Origin: Negativicutes bacterium
Lineage (GTDB): Bacteria; Bacillota; Negativicutes; UBA1444
NCBI GenBank assembly: GCA_963665275.2
Contig: CAXXIN010000007.1
Span: forward strand, 128,001-192,000
Reading direction: 5' to 3'
DNA: 64,000 nucleotides
This document shows, piece after piece, positions 1 to 9,104 of this stretch (its first letter is position 1; the number at the start of each line of letters is the position of its first letter). The notes below the pieces were generated by a model, which saw only the letters and a program-made list of their open reading frames with translations, was not told where the DNA came from and did not search any database. A program made the position numbers and the translations under genes.

Positions 1-1235
1 AGTGAGTTTCCATAAACAATCTGCTTGCGTCCCGGATCAAGAGTTTCAAGTATAATCAAATTGATTTTTGAGTGAGGGTTTTTTTCGACAATATTTTTGA
101 CATTTCCAATCACCTGTTGGCATAATACATCAAACGCCGATGCCATTTCTTCATAGTCCGACGGATCATCTAATATCTTTGCAAGAAACGCTTCATTTTG
201 TGGATCATCAGTCAAATATGCAAGTAGTAAATTGGGCTTATCACGATTACTATCCGAAACAGCTTTCCATGTTTTGCCTACTCTTTCCTTATGCGTCAAG
301 AATGCGAGCGCATCACTGATCATTGCGACTTCATCTTTACCCGCTTGAAACCCTTTGGTCCCGTTCATCTCATAACGAACTAAACAAGGAATATCAGCAT
401 TTTTCGCGTACAAATATGTTTGCCCAAGAATCGGGATGTTGGGATTAGGAAACTTTTCACCTATACCATCCTGACTCTTTCCTGAAAGCACACCCCGCAA
501 AGATCGCGTTGTCTGCTTTTCCAACAAATTTTGTTGGTTGAGTAGCGCAATTAAAGCATGCAAAGTGTCTTGATCAATCACCTTATTGCGAAAATTGCTT
601 GTTTCATACACGTCGTAATAGGTCATGCAACCTGCAACATACTGTTTTGATTTTTTATCCCAAGTACCTACAAGTATTTCCTTGATAAAATCAATGTTTT
701 TTTCATCGCCACAAGTCGGAATGTAATCCTTTAGAAACAATACGAGTTTATTCTCGAACTGCACTGCTTCGGTTGATTTGGGAAAGCAACCAATCAACTG
801 CCGAAATGAGGCTAATTCACTGTTATCACTTAGCAAAACCGGTCTCAACTCGTTCAGCGACCATTCGGAAATATGGAGGCCTAACTCTGCTTCATTTAAT
901 TTATCCAAACACAAGGATGATAGCAGAGATCTTTTGAGAGGAACTGCGGATTTCTTCCAAATAGCATCATCTATTTTTTCACTCTCATCAACGGACAACA
1001 ATGGTTTCTGAATTCTTATCGCCGGAAACGAGTTATGATTCCCCTTACTATGTTTCCATAAACGAGAAGTATCATCTTTCTGTAAAAAGCGAATCGCGCG
1101 AACGATTCCGCATCGGTCAAGTTCAATCAGCATGCACATAGACTTTCCAACAGTGCCTATACTGGGATGCGTTGTAGATTGCAACAGTCCGTGATGATCC
1201 AGTGCAACTGCAAGTTCATACAATTCATTAAGCAT
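1..1235 (-). CDS. Cas8c-like large subunit of a type I-C-like effector complex (3' end beyond window)
   Basis: ATG at 1235 overlaps the cas5 stop. The frame is open to position 1: MLNELYELAVALDHHGLL...GVLSGKSQDGIGEKFPNPNIPILGQTYLYAKNADIPCLVRY...LDPGRKQIVYGNS. Position after cas5c is where cas8c lies. Absent from the ORF track because it runs off the edge. Confidence 0.72.
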   Translation of the reverse strand, partial: MLNELYELAVALDHHGLLQSTTHPSIGTVGKSMCMLIELDRCGIVRAIRFLQKDDTSRLWKHSKGNHNSFPAIRIQKPLLSVDESEKIDDAIWKKSAVPLKRSLLSSLCLDKLNEAELGLHISEWSLNELRPVLLSDNSELASFRQLIGCFPKSTEAVQFENKLVLFLKDYIPTCGDEKNIDFIKEILVGTWDKKSKQYVAGCMTYYDVYETSNFRNKVIDQDTLHALIALLNQQNLLEKQTTRSLRGVLSGKSQDGIGEKFPNPNIPILGQTYLYAKNADIPCLVRYEMNGTKGFQAGKDEVAMISDALAFLTHKERVGKTWKAVSDSNRDKPNLLLAYLTDDPQNEAFLAKILDDPSDYEEMASAFDVLCQQVIGNVKNIVEKNPHSKINLIILETLDPGRKQIVYGNS

Positions 1236-1830
1236 AGTGCAGCACCCCTTTGTCGATCATTACATTCTGCGTAAACTTTGGGGCAACTGACCCTGCGGTT
1301 GGTTGATCGTACATCGTATTAAGCATAGATGGAATGACAAGGCTAATAGACGTATCTGCAAAGGTTTCCGCGCGAATTGGGCCGAAATAGGTCGGTACAA
1401 ATTCTTTCCAACCCAAAAATGGAGTGGAGTGAAGATGCCCTGAGGCAAGTCTGCGCATAAATACTTCTTGTAGCTGATGCTGCGGATTGTTTCCTGTTCG
1501 TGGCGGCGATTTCGAGAGAATCACGCCACGTATTTTATAGCAGACATTTTCAAGTACGGTTGCGAAGATCTGAAAATTGTTTGTACCGCTTTTTTTAAGT
1601 GGTCCACCATAATTTGTCGTATACTTATGAAATACAATTGGGTTACAAATTTCAACGCTCTGTGGCTCAAAGTACGCCATTTTTGACATAACAACACATT
1701 CAAAAATAGATTTAAGGGCCGATTTGGTAGGTGCCTGATACGACACCGGAGAAGATCCAGTATCGGGCCGCGTGAACATTGCTGCAGGCCCTGCAATTTC
1801 ATACGCGACCTGATACGCTTTTTCAATCAT
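1228..1830 (-). CDS. cas5: CRISPR-associated protein Cas5, type I-C (Cas5c/Cas5d)-like, divergent
   Basis: Motifs GPAAMFTRP..VSY.APTKSA, VLENVCYKI and FMRR..G....PFLGWKEF match the Cas5c pattern. SD AAGGAAGGGG precedes the ATG at 1830. Confidence 0.88.
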   Translation of the reverse strand: MIEKAYQVAYEIAGPAAMFTRPDTGSSPVSYQAPTKSALKSIFECVVMSKMAYFEPQSVEICNPIVFHKYTTNYGGPLKKSGTNNFQIFATVLENVCYKIRGVILSKSPPRTGNNPQHQLQEVFMRRLASGHLHSTPFLGWKEFVPTYFGPIRAETFADTSISLVIPSMLNTMYDQPTAGSVAPKFTQNVMIDKGVLHYA

Positions 1831-1925
1831 ACAACCCCTTCCTTTCAATTTTCACGTCAATTTTTTCTTTCCCTGAAATGTGTTTTTTGATCAAACCTGT
1901 GTAAATTCCCCCGTTTTTTACCCAC

Positions 1926-1966
1926 GTATCATTGATATGGGAAACATTTACCCATATCAATGATAC
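1926..1966. repeat. Perfect 16-bp inverted repeat upstream of cas5
   Basis: GTATCATTGATATGGG-aaacattta-CCCATATCAATGATAC. Confidence 0.9.
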
Positions 1967-2019
1967 CCAAGTTAAAAATACTGATTGACAACCCCATTCT
2001 TACCCGCCCACATAAAGAA

Positions 2020-2061
2020 ACGCCTCCCGTTTCGAACCGCGCAGGTCCATACGAGAGGCGT
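2020..2061 (-). repeat. 42-nt hairpin element, copy 1 (terminator-like)
   Basis: ACGCCTCTCGT...ACGGGAGGCGT followed by TTCTTT on the minus strand; 34/42 identical to 4262-4303. Confidence 0.7.
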
Positions 2062-2187
2062 CCGTGAAAGTGACAGCATGCAATATCATCACCTGTCTTC
2101 CCTGGATGGAATATTGTCCCTATTTTAGGGTTCGCCATACAGGTATGATGTCCTGCCATTTTAAAATATTTTTTTGTTCCTCCAATT

Positions 2188-2244
2188 TTATAACTCCACC
2201 CCATCCGGGCAAAGCTCGGCGATCAATCCTTCCAGTTTACTCAT
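2188..2244 (-). pseudogene. N-terminal remnant of a type I restriction specificity subunit (HsdS)
   Basis: MSKLEGLIAELCPDGVEL* matches the common HsdS start MSKLxELIxELCPDGVEY and overlaps the rhuM stop. Confidence 0.7.
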
Positions 2245-2656
2245 CCGCATTGCCGCCTTTCTGCAACAGCAGCTTCACTTCACGGTCAAAATCCGAAGTG
2301 ATCTTTTGCCTTTTATTAAATTCAGCATATTCCGCTTCCGCTTTTTCAACAGCCATTTGTTTTGAAATCTTCCCTTTATCGGATAAGATTTCATATTTAC
2401 GAAAAGCCAAAAACTCATTGATGCTAGTAGCAAATTCCTTCATCGTGAAGGAATTCTCCCGCTCGATCAAATCTTCTATGTAATCAAAATAGCCTGATAC
2501 AGCGCGTTCCAGCCGCCTGATCTGCGTTTCGAGCACCCTCCTGCTGAACTACCGAGAATTCCTCGGTAGTTGCCGTTTCATCCAATTTTTCTCGGCATAT
2601 ATGTTTTTCAAGTGCAGGGATATGTTGTCTGTTGAACAACCAAAGAGGTCTGCCAT
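2237..2656 (-). pseudogene. RhuM-family protein, frameshifted and internally deleted
   Basis: N-terminal part MADLFGCSTDNISLHLKNIY, frameshift, LDETATTEEFSVVQQEG, then joined to the C-terminal part LERAVSGYFDYIEDLIE...SDFDREVK. Confidence 0.8.
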
Positions 2657-2677
2657 TCTAAAATAATTTTTGTTCTC

Positions 2678-3676
2678 TTACCGATTTCTGAGTTTAAACT
2701 GCGGGTCCAGTACTTCTTCCAACCGATCCGTGGCTGTGCCTGGGTGCTGCGACAAACTGGAAATCCGCTCGCGCAGCGCGGCATCCATGGTGAAGTCGGC
2801 GGCAGCGAGTGAATCCTGCAATTGTGTCACATTGCGAGCCCCAATGATCGGCGCGGTGATACCCGGATGGGATTTGACCCAGCTGATGGCCAATGTTCCT
2901 GGTCGTACGCCGATTTCCTGCGCCAACTGTGCGAATCGCCCGGCCACCTCGTAATATTCGGTCGTGCTGTAGCGCTGACTATACTGGTCTTTCTCGACGA
3001 TCCGGCCGGAAACCGGTTTGACGCCTGCCGCGTATTTTCCAGTCAGCAATCCGGCCGCCAGCGGGCTGTATGAGATGACCCCCAGCTGCTCAGACTCGGC
3101 CAGCGGCAGGATTTCGACCTCCGCCTGCCGTTTTACCAGATTGTACATCGGTTCGATGCATTCGAACCGGGCCAGACCGGCGCGCTCGGAAATCCCCAGC
3201 GCTTTGGCGATCTGCCAGGCCGCCCAGTTGCTCACACCAAGGTACAGAACTTTGCCCTGGCGCACCAAGTCATCGAGTGCGCGGAGCGTTTCGTCCATCG
3301 GCGTCAATGGATCAAAATGGTGAATGAAATAAAGATCGATCCGGTCTGTTTGCAGACGCGTGAGACTCTGTTCGATGGCCTGCATGATATGCCGCCGCGA
3401 CGACCCCAGCGCATTGACGTCCTGGCCGATGCGTTGCGAAGCTTTGCTGGTGATGACCAAATCATCCCGGCAGCCCTTGATCAATTTGCCGAGAATGGTT
3501 TCAGCTTTCCCGCCGCTATAGTTGTTGGCACAGTCGAAGAAGTTGATGCCTGCGTCACGGCACTGTTTGAACATGAGACCGGATTCTTCCTCATTGGCTT
3601 CGCTGCCAAACGACATCGTGCCAAAGCACAGTTCCGATACGAGAACACCGGTTCTGCCTAATGTTTTGTACAGCAT
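2678..3676 (-). CDS. Aldo/keto reductase
   Basis: LGRTG..VSELCFGTM, FFDCANNY, RLQTDRIDLY, YSPLAAGLLTGKY. Confidence 0.95.
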   Translation of the reverse strand: MLYKTLGRTGVLVSELCFGTMSFGSEANEEESGLMFKQCRDAGINFFDCANNYSGGKAETILGKLIKGCRDDLVITSKASQRIGQDVNALGSSRRHIMQAIEQSLTRLQTDRIDLYFIHHFDPLTPMDETLRALDDLVRQGKVLYLGVSNWAAWQIAKALGISERAGLARFECIEPMYNLVKRQAEVEILPLAESEQLGVISYSPLAAGLLTGKYAAGVKPVSGRIVEKDQYSQRYSTTEYYEVAGRFAQLAQEIGVRPGTLAISWVKSHPGITAPIIGARNVTQLQDSLAAADFTMDAALRERISSLSQHPGTATDRLEEVLDPQFKLRNR

Positions 3677-3722
3677 GGTTCCAGCCCTCCTATTTTAAAT
3701 CGTCTATATTGTTTTGGTCGGG

Positions 3723-4325
3723 TTACTTTTCCCCATACCACCGCAGCGCCTTTTTCACCACACCCGCCTGTTCCTGTTCCGCCCGGCGGATGATCTCGGC
3801 GCAGGCATTAGCATCGCTGGCGGCGTCATGGTGATCGAGAGGAATCGCGAGGTGGGAAGCGACCGTCTGCAGTTGGTGATTGGCGAGGAACGGCCAGGTC
3901 CGACGGGCTACGGTGACCGAGTCGATGGAGCCTCCCTGCCAAAAACCAAGGTGATAATACTTGACCAGTGCAAAGAATACTCCCAAATCAAAGCGGACAT
4001 TGTGGGCGGCAATCACGTTGTTAACCAGATAGGGACCGATTTGCGGCCACAGTTGCCCGAAGTCCGCTTCCCTCGCCACATCGCGCCAGGTGATTCCATG
4101 GATGTAGGTGAACACAAATTGATCCGTCGGCGGCCTGATCATCCAGGATCGCCGTTCGATGATCTCTCCTGCGCGCACTACGACCAGGCCGAGCTGGCAG
4201 GCGCTGTCCGGTGATTGATTGGCAGTCTCGAAATCTATAGCGGTAAAATCAGGAAATAGAGACGCCTCCCGTTCCAAACCGTGCAGGCTCGGACGAAAGG
4301 CGTTTTTATTCGTTGCATTATTCAT
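3723..4325 (-). CDS. DEDDh 3'-5' exonuclease (DNA polymerase III epsilon-like)
   Basis: AIDFETAN, AHNVRFD, HHDAASDA motifs; SD AAAGGTGAG before the ATG at 4325. Confidence 0.9.
   Translation of the reverse strand: MNNATNKNAFRPSLHGLEREASLFPDFTAIDFETANQSPDSACQLGLVVVRAGEIIERRSWMIRPPTDQFVFTYIHGITWRDVAREADFGQLWPQIGPYLVNNVIAAHNVRFDLGVFFALVKYYHLGFWQGGSIDSVTVARRTWPFLANHQLQTVASHLAIPLDHHDAASDANACAEIIRRAEQEQAGVVKKALRWYGEK
4262..4303 (-). repeat. 42-nt hairpin element, copy 2
   Basis: ACGCCTTTCGT-CCGAGCC-tgcac-GGTTTGG-a-ACGGGAGGCGT. Confidence 0.7.
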
Positions 4326-4419
4326 CAGGCTCACCTTTCTTTTCCGGCTCAATTTTCATTCATTTAGATTCGCCGGATCGGTGCGGGTTTCCTCCCGTAG
4401 CCTGTTATTTCCGCTCTTT

Positions 4420-5415
4420 TTACAGAGCAACTTTGAGTCCCAAGTCGTCGATCATCTGGTTGTCCAGTTCCGTTCCGCGTCCCGCCGTGGTAAGGTAGCC
4501 ACCTACCAACATTCCGTTGGCCCCGCCGAACAAGGCCATAGATTGAAGGTCACGCAAGTTTTTTTCGCGCCCGCCAGCTGTCCGTATCACGGCATGAGGC
4601 AGGATAAACCGAAACAACGCCAGCGTCTTGAGGATATCCAGAGGTGGCAGCGGTGGTGCGGACTCCATCCGGGTTCCCCGAACGGGGGTCAGCACATTCA
4701 CCGGCACACAGCCGATTCCCATGGCGCGCAGCTCAAAAGCCATATCTATGCGTTGGGCGAGACTCTCGCCCATTCCTATGATACCACCGCTGCATACCGC
4801 GAGGCCCGCCTCCTGCGCCACGCTGATGGTGCGGGTGCGGTCCTCGTAAGTATGAGTGCGGCAGATGGAGGCGTAATATTCCTTACTGGTCTCAACGTTG
4901 TGGTGATAGCGTTCGATCCCGGCAGCCCCCAGCCGCTGGGCCTGTTCCGCCGTCAGCGAACCGAGGGAAGCGCACAGTTTCAGCTGGGTCTCCTCCTTGA
5001 TCCGGCGATAGGTTTCGATGATCCTCTCGAAGTTCTCCGCTTCCTGGGCATCATCCATGCCACGCCCGCTGAGCACGACGGAAAAATGGCTTACGCCCGC
5101 GGCTTCCACAGTTTTTGCATAACGCACCATCTCCTCGGTATCCATGAGGGGATATACGGCTACGCCTGTCTGATGATGCACCGACTGGGCGCAATAGGCG
5201 CAATCTTCGCTGCAATGCCCCGACCGGCCGTTGAGAATCGAACACAGATGGACTTCATCGCCCTGATATTGTTGCCGGATGGAATTGGCGGCCGCCAGCA
5301 AATAGGGGAGCTCAATATCAGCTACGGTAGACAGTTCCTGCGCCTCGGTAATCAAAAGGTCTTCGCCGTTTAACACTTTTTGCGTAAGTTCGTCGATTCG
5401 TTTACGCATGCTCAT
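4420..5415 (-). CDS. bioB: Biotin synthase
   Basis: Radical SAM motif CSEDCAYCAQS, YHHNVETS, VCSGGIIGMGE, GYLTT.G. Confidence 0.97.
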   Translation of the reverse strand: MSMRKRIDELTQKVLNGEDLLITEAQELSTVADIELPYLLAAANSIRQQYQGDEVHLCSILNGRSGHCSEDCAYCAQSVHHQTGVAVYPLMDTEEMVRYAKTVEAAGVSHFSVVLSGRGMDDAQEAENFERIIETYRRIKEETQLKLCASLGSLTAEQAQRLGAAGIERYHHNVETSKEYYASICRTHTYEDRTRTISVAQEAGLAVCSGGIIGMGESLAQRIDMAFELRAMGIGCVPVNVLTPVRGTRMESAPPLPPLDILKTLALFRFILPHAVIRTAGGREKNLRDLQSMALFGGANGMLVGGYLTTAGRGTELDNQMIDDLGLKVAL

Positions 5416-5977
5416 GTTGCGTCTCCCTCTGGGCGAAACCCGCCCGTTGGAGCGCCTTCCACAGGATAGGCGTCAGCCAGGCCGCCAAAACAATTTTCGC
5501 CAGATCAAACAGTATAAACGGATATACGGCGATAGTCAGAGCCTGCTGCACAGTCATCGGTTTTTGCAGGAAGAAGGCAAAACTGGCCATGAATCCGATT
5601 AACCCTATCGCATATGCTACAGTCATGCCGACCACCATGGCCGCTCCGATACGCACCCGTGAGCTTGCCTGATTCCGGGTCATGACCCCTACAAGCCAGG
5701 CGCAAATCACAAAGCCGGGCAAATATCCGCCAGTTGGCCCCAGCAGCACCATCGGCCCCGCTTTTCCTCCAGCGAAGACCGGCAGCCCAAAGGTGCCAAG
5801 CAATATCCAGATCACGACGCTGAGCGCTCCCATTCTGGGCCCGAGAACCGCACCGGTCAACACGATGAAAAAAACTTGCAGGGTAACAGGTACCGGACCG
5901 ATTGGAAAAATAATATAAGAGCTGACGCAGAGTAGAGCCGCGAAGAGTGAAACCAACATCTTTTGGCGTAGGGTCAT
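5402..5977 (-). CDS. bioY: Biotin transporter BioY
   Basis: PVPVTLQ, GLPVFAGG, GPTGGYL motifs; adjacent to bioB. Confidence 0.96.
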   Translation of the reverse strand: MTLRQKMLVSLFAALLCVSSYIIFPIGPVPVTLQVFFIVLTGAVLGPRMGALSVVIWILLGTFGLPVFAGGKAGPMVLLGPTGGYLPGFVICAWLVGVMTRNQASSRVRIGAAMVVGMTVAYAIGLIGFMASFAFFLQKPMTVQQALTIAVYPFILFDLAKIVLAAWLTPILWKALQRAGFAQRETQHEHA

Positions 5978-5991
5978 GAAAAAAATCCTCC

Positions 5992-6083
5992 TTGTAAACC
6001 TATGAACGCTTTTTAATTTACAATAAGGATTATATCGCTATGCAATTCGTTTGTAAATATTGTTTTTATATTTTAGTTTACAT
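5992..6083. promoter_or_regulatory. Two tandem BirA operator-like sites
   Basis: TGTAAAC-N16-ATTTACA (5993-6022) and TGTAAAT-N17-GTTTACA (6052-6082) upstream of bioYB. Confidence 0.75.
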
Positions 6084-6125
6084 TAAATATTGCACATGAA
6101 AATTTCTCTAAAGAATAAACTTTTC

Positions 6126-8174
6126 TTATACCCGGAACTTATGGACCGCCTGGGTCAACTTTTCCGCCAGTCGGGCCAACTCCTCGCTGGCGGAAGCTAT
6201 TTCCTGCGTAGTAGCCGATTGCTCCTCCGTAGCTGCCGCCACGGTCTGGGATTGGCTGGCTGAGTTCCTGCTGATTGCGTCAATATCCTTGACCGATTCC
6301 ACGATTTGCTGGGAGCCCTTGGCCATTTCCTCCATAACGACGGAGATTTCGCTCATTTGCCCTGAGATCTCGTGAATGGCTTCAAATATGTCGGTAAAAG
6401 ATTTTCCGGCGTCGCTTACCGCATCAGCACCGAAACGCACTTCCTTCGTTCCCTCGGTCATCGCTTCAACCGCTTGATTCGTTTCGGTCTGGATTTCGGC
6501 GATTAGCTGGGCTATCTGCTTGGCAGCCGCACCGGATTGTTCCGCCAGTTTTCGGACTTCATCCGCTACCACTGCGAATCCTCGTCCCTGTTCTCCGGCC
6601 CGGGCCGCCTCGATGGCCGCATTTAAAGCCAACAGGTTGGTCTGTGCGGCTATTCCTGTTATCGTAGCAACAATTTGACCAATTTCTTTGGACCGCTCCC
6701 CTAAACGTGTCACCACTTGAGCGGATTCCGAAACCGTTGTTTCGATTGTTCCCATTTGCTTTATTGCCCTATCGACAGACTGACGCCCCAACTCAGCCGC
6801 ATCGACCGATTGCGTCGCATGGCCGGAAATCGCGCCGGCATTGGCGGAAACCTGCTGTATGCCTGCCGATAATTGTCCAATGACCGAACCGGTATCGGCG
6901 ACAGCACCGGCCTGTTTTTCACTTCCCGCCGCCACTACCGCAATAGATGACGCTACCTGGTTGGCCGTCTGGGCAGCCCGTTCGGCGCCCGCAGTCAATT
7001 CTTCCGATGAAGAAGTCAGGCGCTCGCTGGCTTCACCCATTTGCTGGATCAATTTTCGCAAACTACCGGTCATTGTGTTGATCGCCGAAGCCAGCTGCCC
7101 GATTTCATCTTTTGAGGTCGCAGGAATGGCGTCTACCGCAAGGTTTCCTGCCGCAACTTCCTGCACGTTTCCCAGTATTGCGCGAATTGGATTCGCGATG
7201 CTCCTAGCAATCAGGCTGGCGCAGAAAGCGCCTACAGCCATTGTGACTAATGCAATCAATGAAATCATCAGAATCAATTTATTTCGCTCAGCCACCATCG
7301 CAGCAGTGCTTTCACCAGCAAACAGCACTCCGATGATTTTGTTGTCCACACCGACTAACGGCAGATAAGAAGTGAAGTAGTCCTCGCCCAGAACGTCGGC
7401 TCTGGCGCTATATTTTTTGCCGTCCTTGAGAACAGCCTCAGCAATTTCCGCATTGAGTTTGCTTCCGATCGCCCTTTTTCCGTCTTTGATCATCGTGGAT
7501 GCAATCCGCTCATCGCCAAGAAACAGGGTAATATCGGTTCCATACATATGCTTAACCCTATCTACAAAAGAGTCTTTGGTCATATCGTATCCGGCGGAAA
7601 CAACTCCTATAACCTGCCCCTGTTCGTTTTTTATTGGCGCCCCGGCCCGAGTTGTCAGTTTGATGATATTACCCGTCTCGGTTGTTGCAATAGTTGTTCC
7701 TTGCAATGCCTTCTGAACATTTTCCTGGTTGGCTATACTATCGCCTTTCTTTTCGTCGTGGACGCGTACAAGAACGACGCCCTTATCGTCGGTTATTGTA
7801 ACGAAGTCAATCCCGAGTTCCTTCGCAATTGGTGCGCTAATACCCAAAAGAGCCCTTGTATCCTTGAGTATCAACGCCTTGCGGATTTCAGGATTAATGG
7901 ACAAAACCGCAACGCTCTTCAATGCATCATTTTTTTGGTTTTCCACCTCATTTTTTAGTCCTTCGACCCCCTGGCGGGCGCTTTGAAAATTTGTCATCGC
8001 CAAGCTGTTCGAAAACTGGTATAAGGCAGGAACTGTCGTCGCAATGACGGCTATCGCAATTACCACCGAAATATAGAGAATCATCCGGGTCCGTAATCTC
8101 ATCGAAAGGCCCCTAAAGTTCACCACCGAAGCGCAACTGATTCCGAAGCGTTTGGACATCACTAATTCCGTCAT
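6126..8174 (-). CDS. Methyl-accepting chemotaxis protein (Cache and HAMP domains)
   Basis: [38 protein letters not shown]; two transmembrane segments. Confidence 0.96.
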   Translation of the reverse strand: MTELVMSKRFGISCASVVNFRGLSMRLRTRMILYISVVIAIAVIATTVPALYQFSNSLAMTNFQSARQGVEGLKNEVENQKNDALKSVAVLSINPEIRKALILKDTRALLGISAPIAKELGIDFVTITDDKGVVLVRVHDEKKGDSIANQENVQKALQGTTIATTETGNIIKLTTRAGAPIKNEQGQVIGVVSAGYDMTKDSFVDRVKHMYGTDITLFLGDERIASTMIKDGKRAIGSKLNAEIAEAVLKDGKKYSARADVLGEDYFTSYLPLVGVDNKIIGVLFAGESTAAMVAERNKLILMISLIALVTMAVGAFCASLIARSIANPIRAILGNVQEVAAGNLAVDAIPATSKDEIGQLASAINTMTGSLRKLIQQMGEASERLTSSSEELTAGAERAAQTANQVASSIAVVAAGSEKQAGAVADTGSVIGQLSAGIQQVSANAGAISGHATQSVDAAELGRQSVDRAIKQMGTIETTVSESAQVVTRLGERSKEIGQIVATITGIAAQTNLLALNAAIEAARAGEQGRGFAVVADEVRKLAEQSGAAAKQIAQLIAEIQTETNQAVEAMTEGTKEVRFGADAVSDAGKSFTDIFEAIHEISGQMSEISVVMEEMAKGSQQIVESVKDIDAISRNSASQSQTVAAATEEQSATTQEIASASEELARLAEKLTQAVHKFRV

Positions 8175-8474
8175 GATACTTCACCCTTTCTTTTTCGCAC
8201 TTATCAACAGAAAACATAATCCATACGGCCATTTTCGCACCAGGAACGGGTTGTTCAGACCTTCAGACCTATCGTAGCATTATAAAAGGCTTGAAATGTT
8301 AGCAACCAGTTAGGTTCTTGTTAAGCTCAATTTTGTCCGAAATACAAAAAAGGGTTCCAATAGCGCCCCTGTTCTTACCGCATTGGCAGGAACAACCTTC
8401 TCTGGGCAGGAAAACTTCTGCCGCTTGTCAAATTCTATCAAAGTATATCTTCAATTGGGAAAGGGGACTTCATT

Positions 8475-8915
8475 TTGCAGCAACTCCATCCTTATGGCAG
8501 CGGATTCAAAAGATTTCTGGCCTTTATGATTGATTCCCTACTGCTTGGCGCCATCGGTGCTGGCGTTGACCTTGCTTTCGGCGCCTCGGCGCGATTGGCC
8601 GTCGAATCCCTCGGACAGCAGACCGGCTTCCCCGCTTTTATCAAACTTGGGTTTCATCTCTTCTACTGGCCGCTGTTTGAAAGTTCCGCCTGGCAGGCTA
8701 CTCCCGGCAAACGACTCTGCCGACTGTACGTGACCGATCTGTCGGCAAACCGACTGACCTTCGCCAGAGCATTCATCCGGAATATTGCCAAGTTGATTTC
8801 GCTGCTTCCCCTCGGCTTCGGGTTCCTGATGGTTGCTGTCACAATCCGAAATCAGTGCCTCCATGATAAAATAGCCGGAACACTAGTAATGAAAAAGAAA
8901 AAACCGTTGCAGTAA
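8475..8915 (+). CDS. RDD family protein
   Basis: GFKRFLAFMID, QATPGKR, QCLHDKIAGT. Confidence 0.9.
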   Translation: MQQLHPYGSGFKRFLAFMIDSLLLGAIGAGVDLAFGASARLAVESLGQQTGFPAFIKLGFHLFYWPLFESSAWQATPGKRLCRLYVTDLSANRLTFARAFIRNIAKLISLLPLGFGFLMVAVTIRNQCLHDKIAGTLVMKKKKPLQ

Positions 8916-9043
8916 TTAAATAAATTTTATACACTATTTATTATTATACTTGTTATATATTTTACAGTTTATATTTCAGTACTATAAGAACTTAAAAATT
9001 AGCTATTAAATCGAATCTTGAATTTAAAATTTTTCTTCCCGAT

Positions 9044-9077
9044 AAAAAACGACTTGGCCTGCGCCAAGTCGTTTTTT
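9044..9077. terminator. Bidirectional intrinsic terminator
   Basis: AAAAAACGACTTGGC-ctgc-GCCAAGTCGTTTTTT between convergent genes. Confidence 0.85.
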
Positions 9078-9104
9078 ATTCGCATATCCTGCCCGTCTTT
9101 TCGT

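Noticed and set aside
2060-2145. ZTP or cobalamin riboswitch (TGGCGAA...CCATCCAGGGAAG; AGGGAAGACAGGTG)
   Set aside because: Core consensus elements (GACTGGCG and CGCCTGGGC, or the B12 box) are missing and the gene context does not fit.
1850-2190. CRISPR array upstream of cas5
   Set aside because: No direct repeats with regular spacing and no I-C-type repeat ending in ATTGAAAC; only unrelated hairpins.
1929-2204. 91-aa ORF MGWSYKIGG...
   Set aside because: No recognisable motif, starts inside the hsdS remnant and crosses several hairpins.
4219-5373. Long antisense ORFs, e.g. 384 aa opposite bioB and 352 aa opposite the RNase
   Set aside because: Shadow frames of well-supported genes, with no motifs of their own.
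8180-8470. c-di-GMP riboswitch upstream of the chemoreceptor
   Set aside because: No GGCAAA...GAAA...CGCAAA pattern found.
8916-9035. AT-rich tract as an origin or element end
   Set aside because: No DnaA boxes, iterons or terminal repeats seen; it is a convergent intergenic region.
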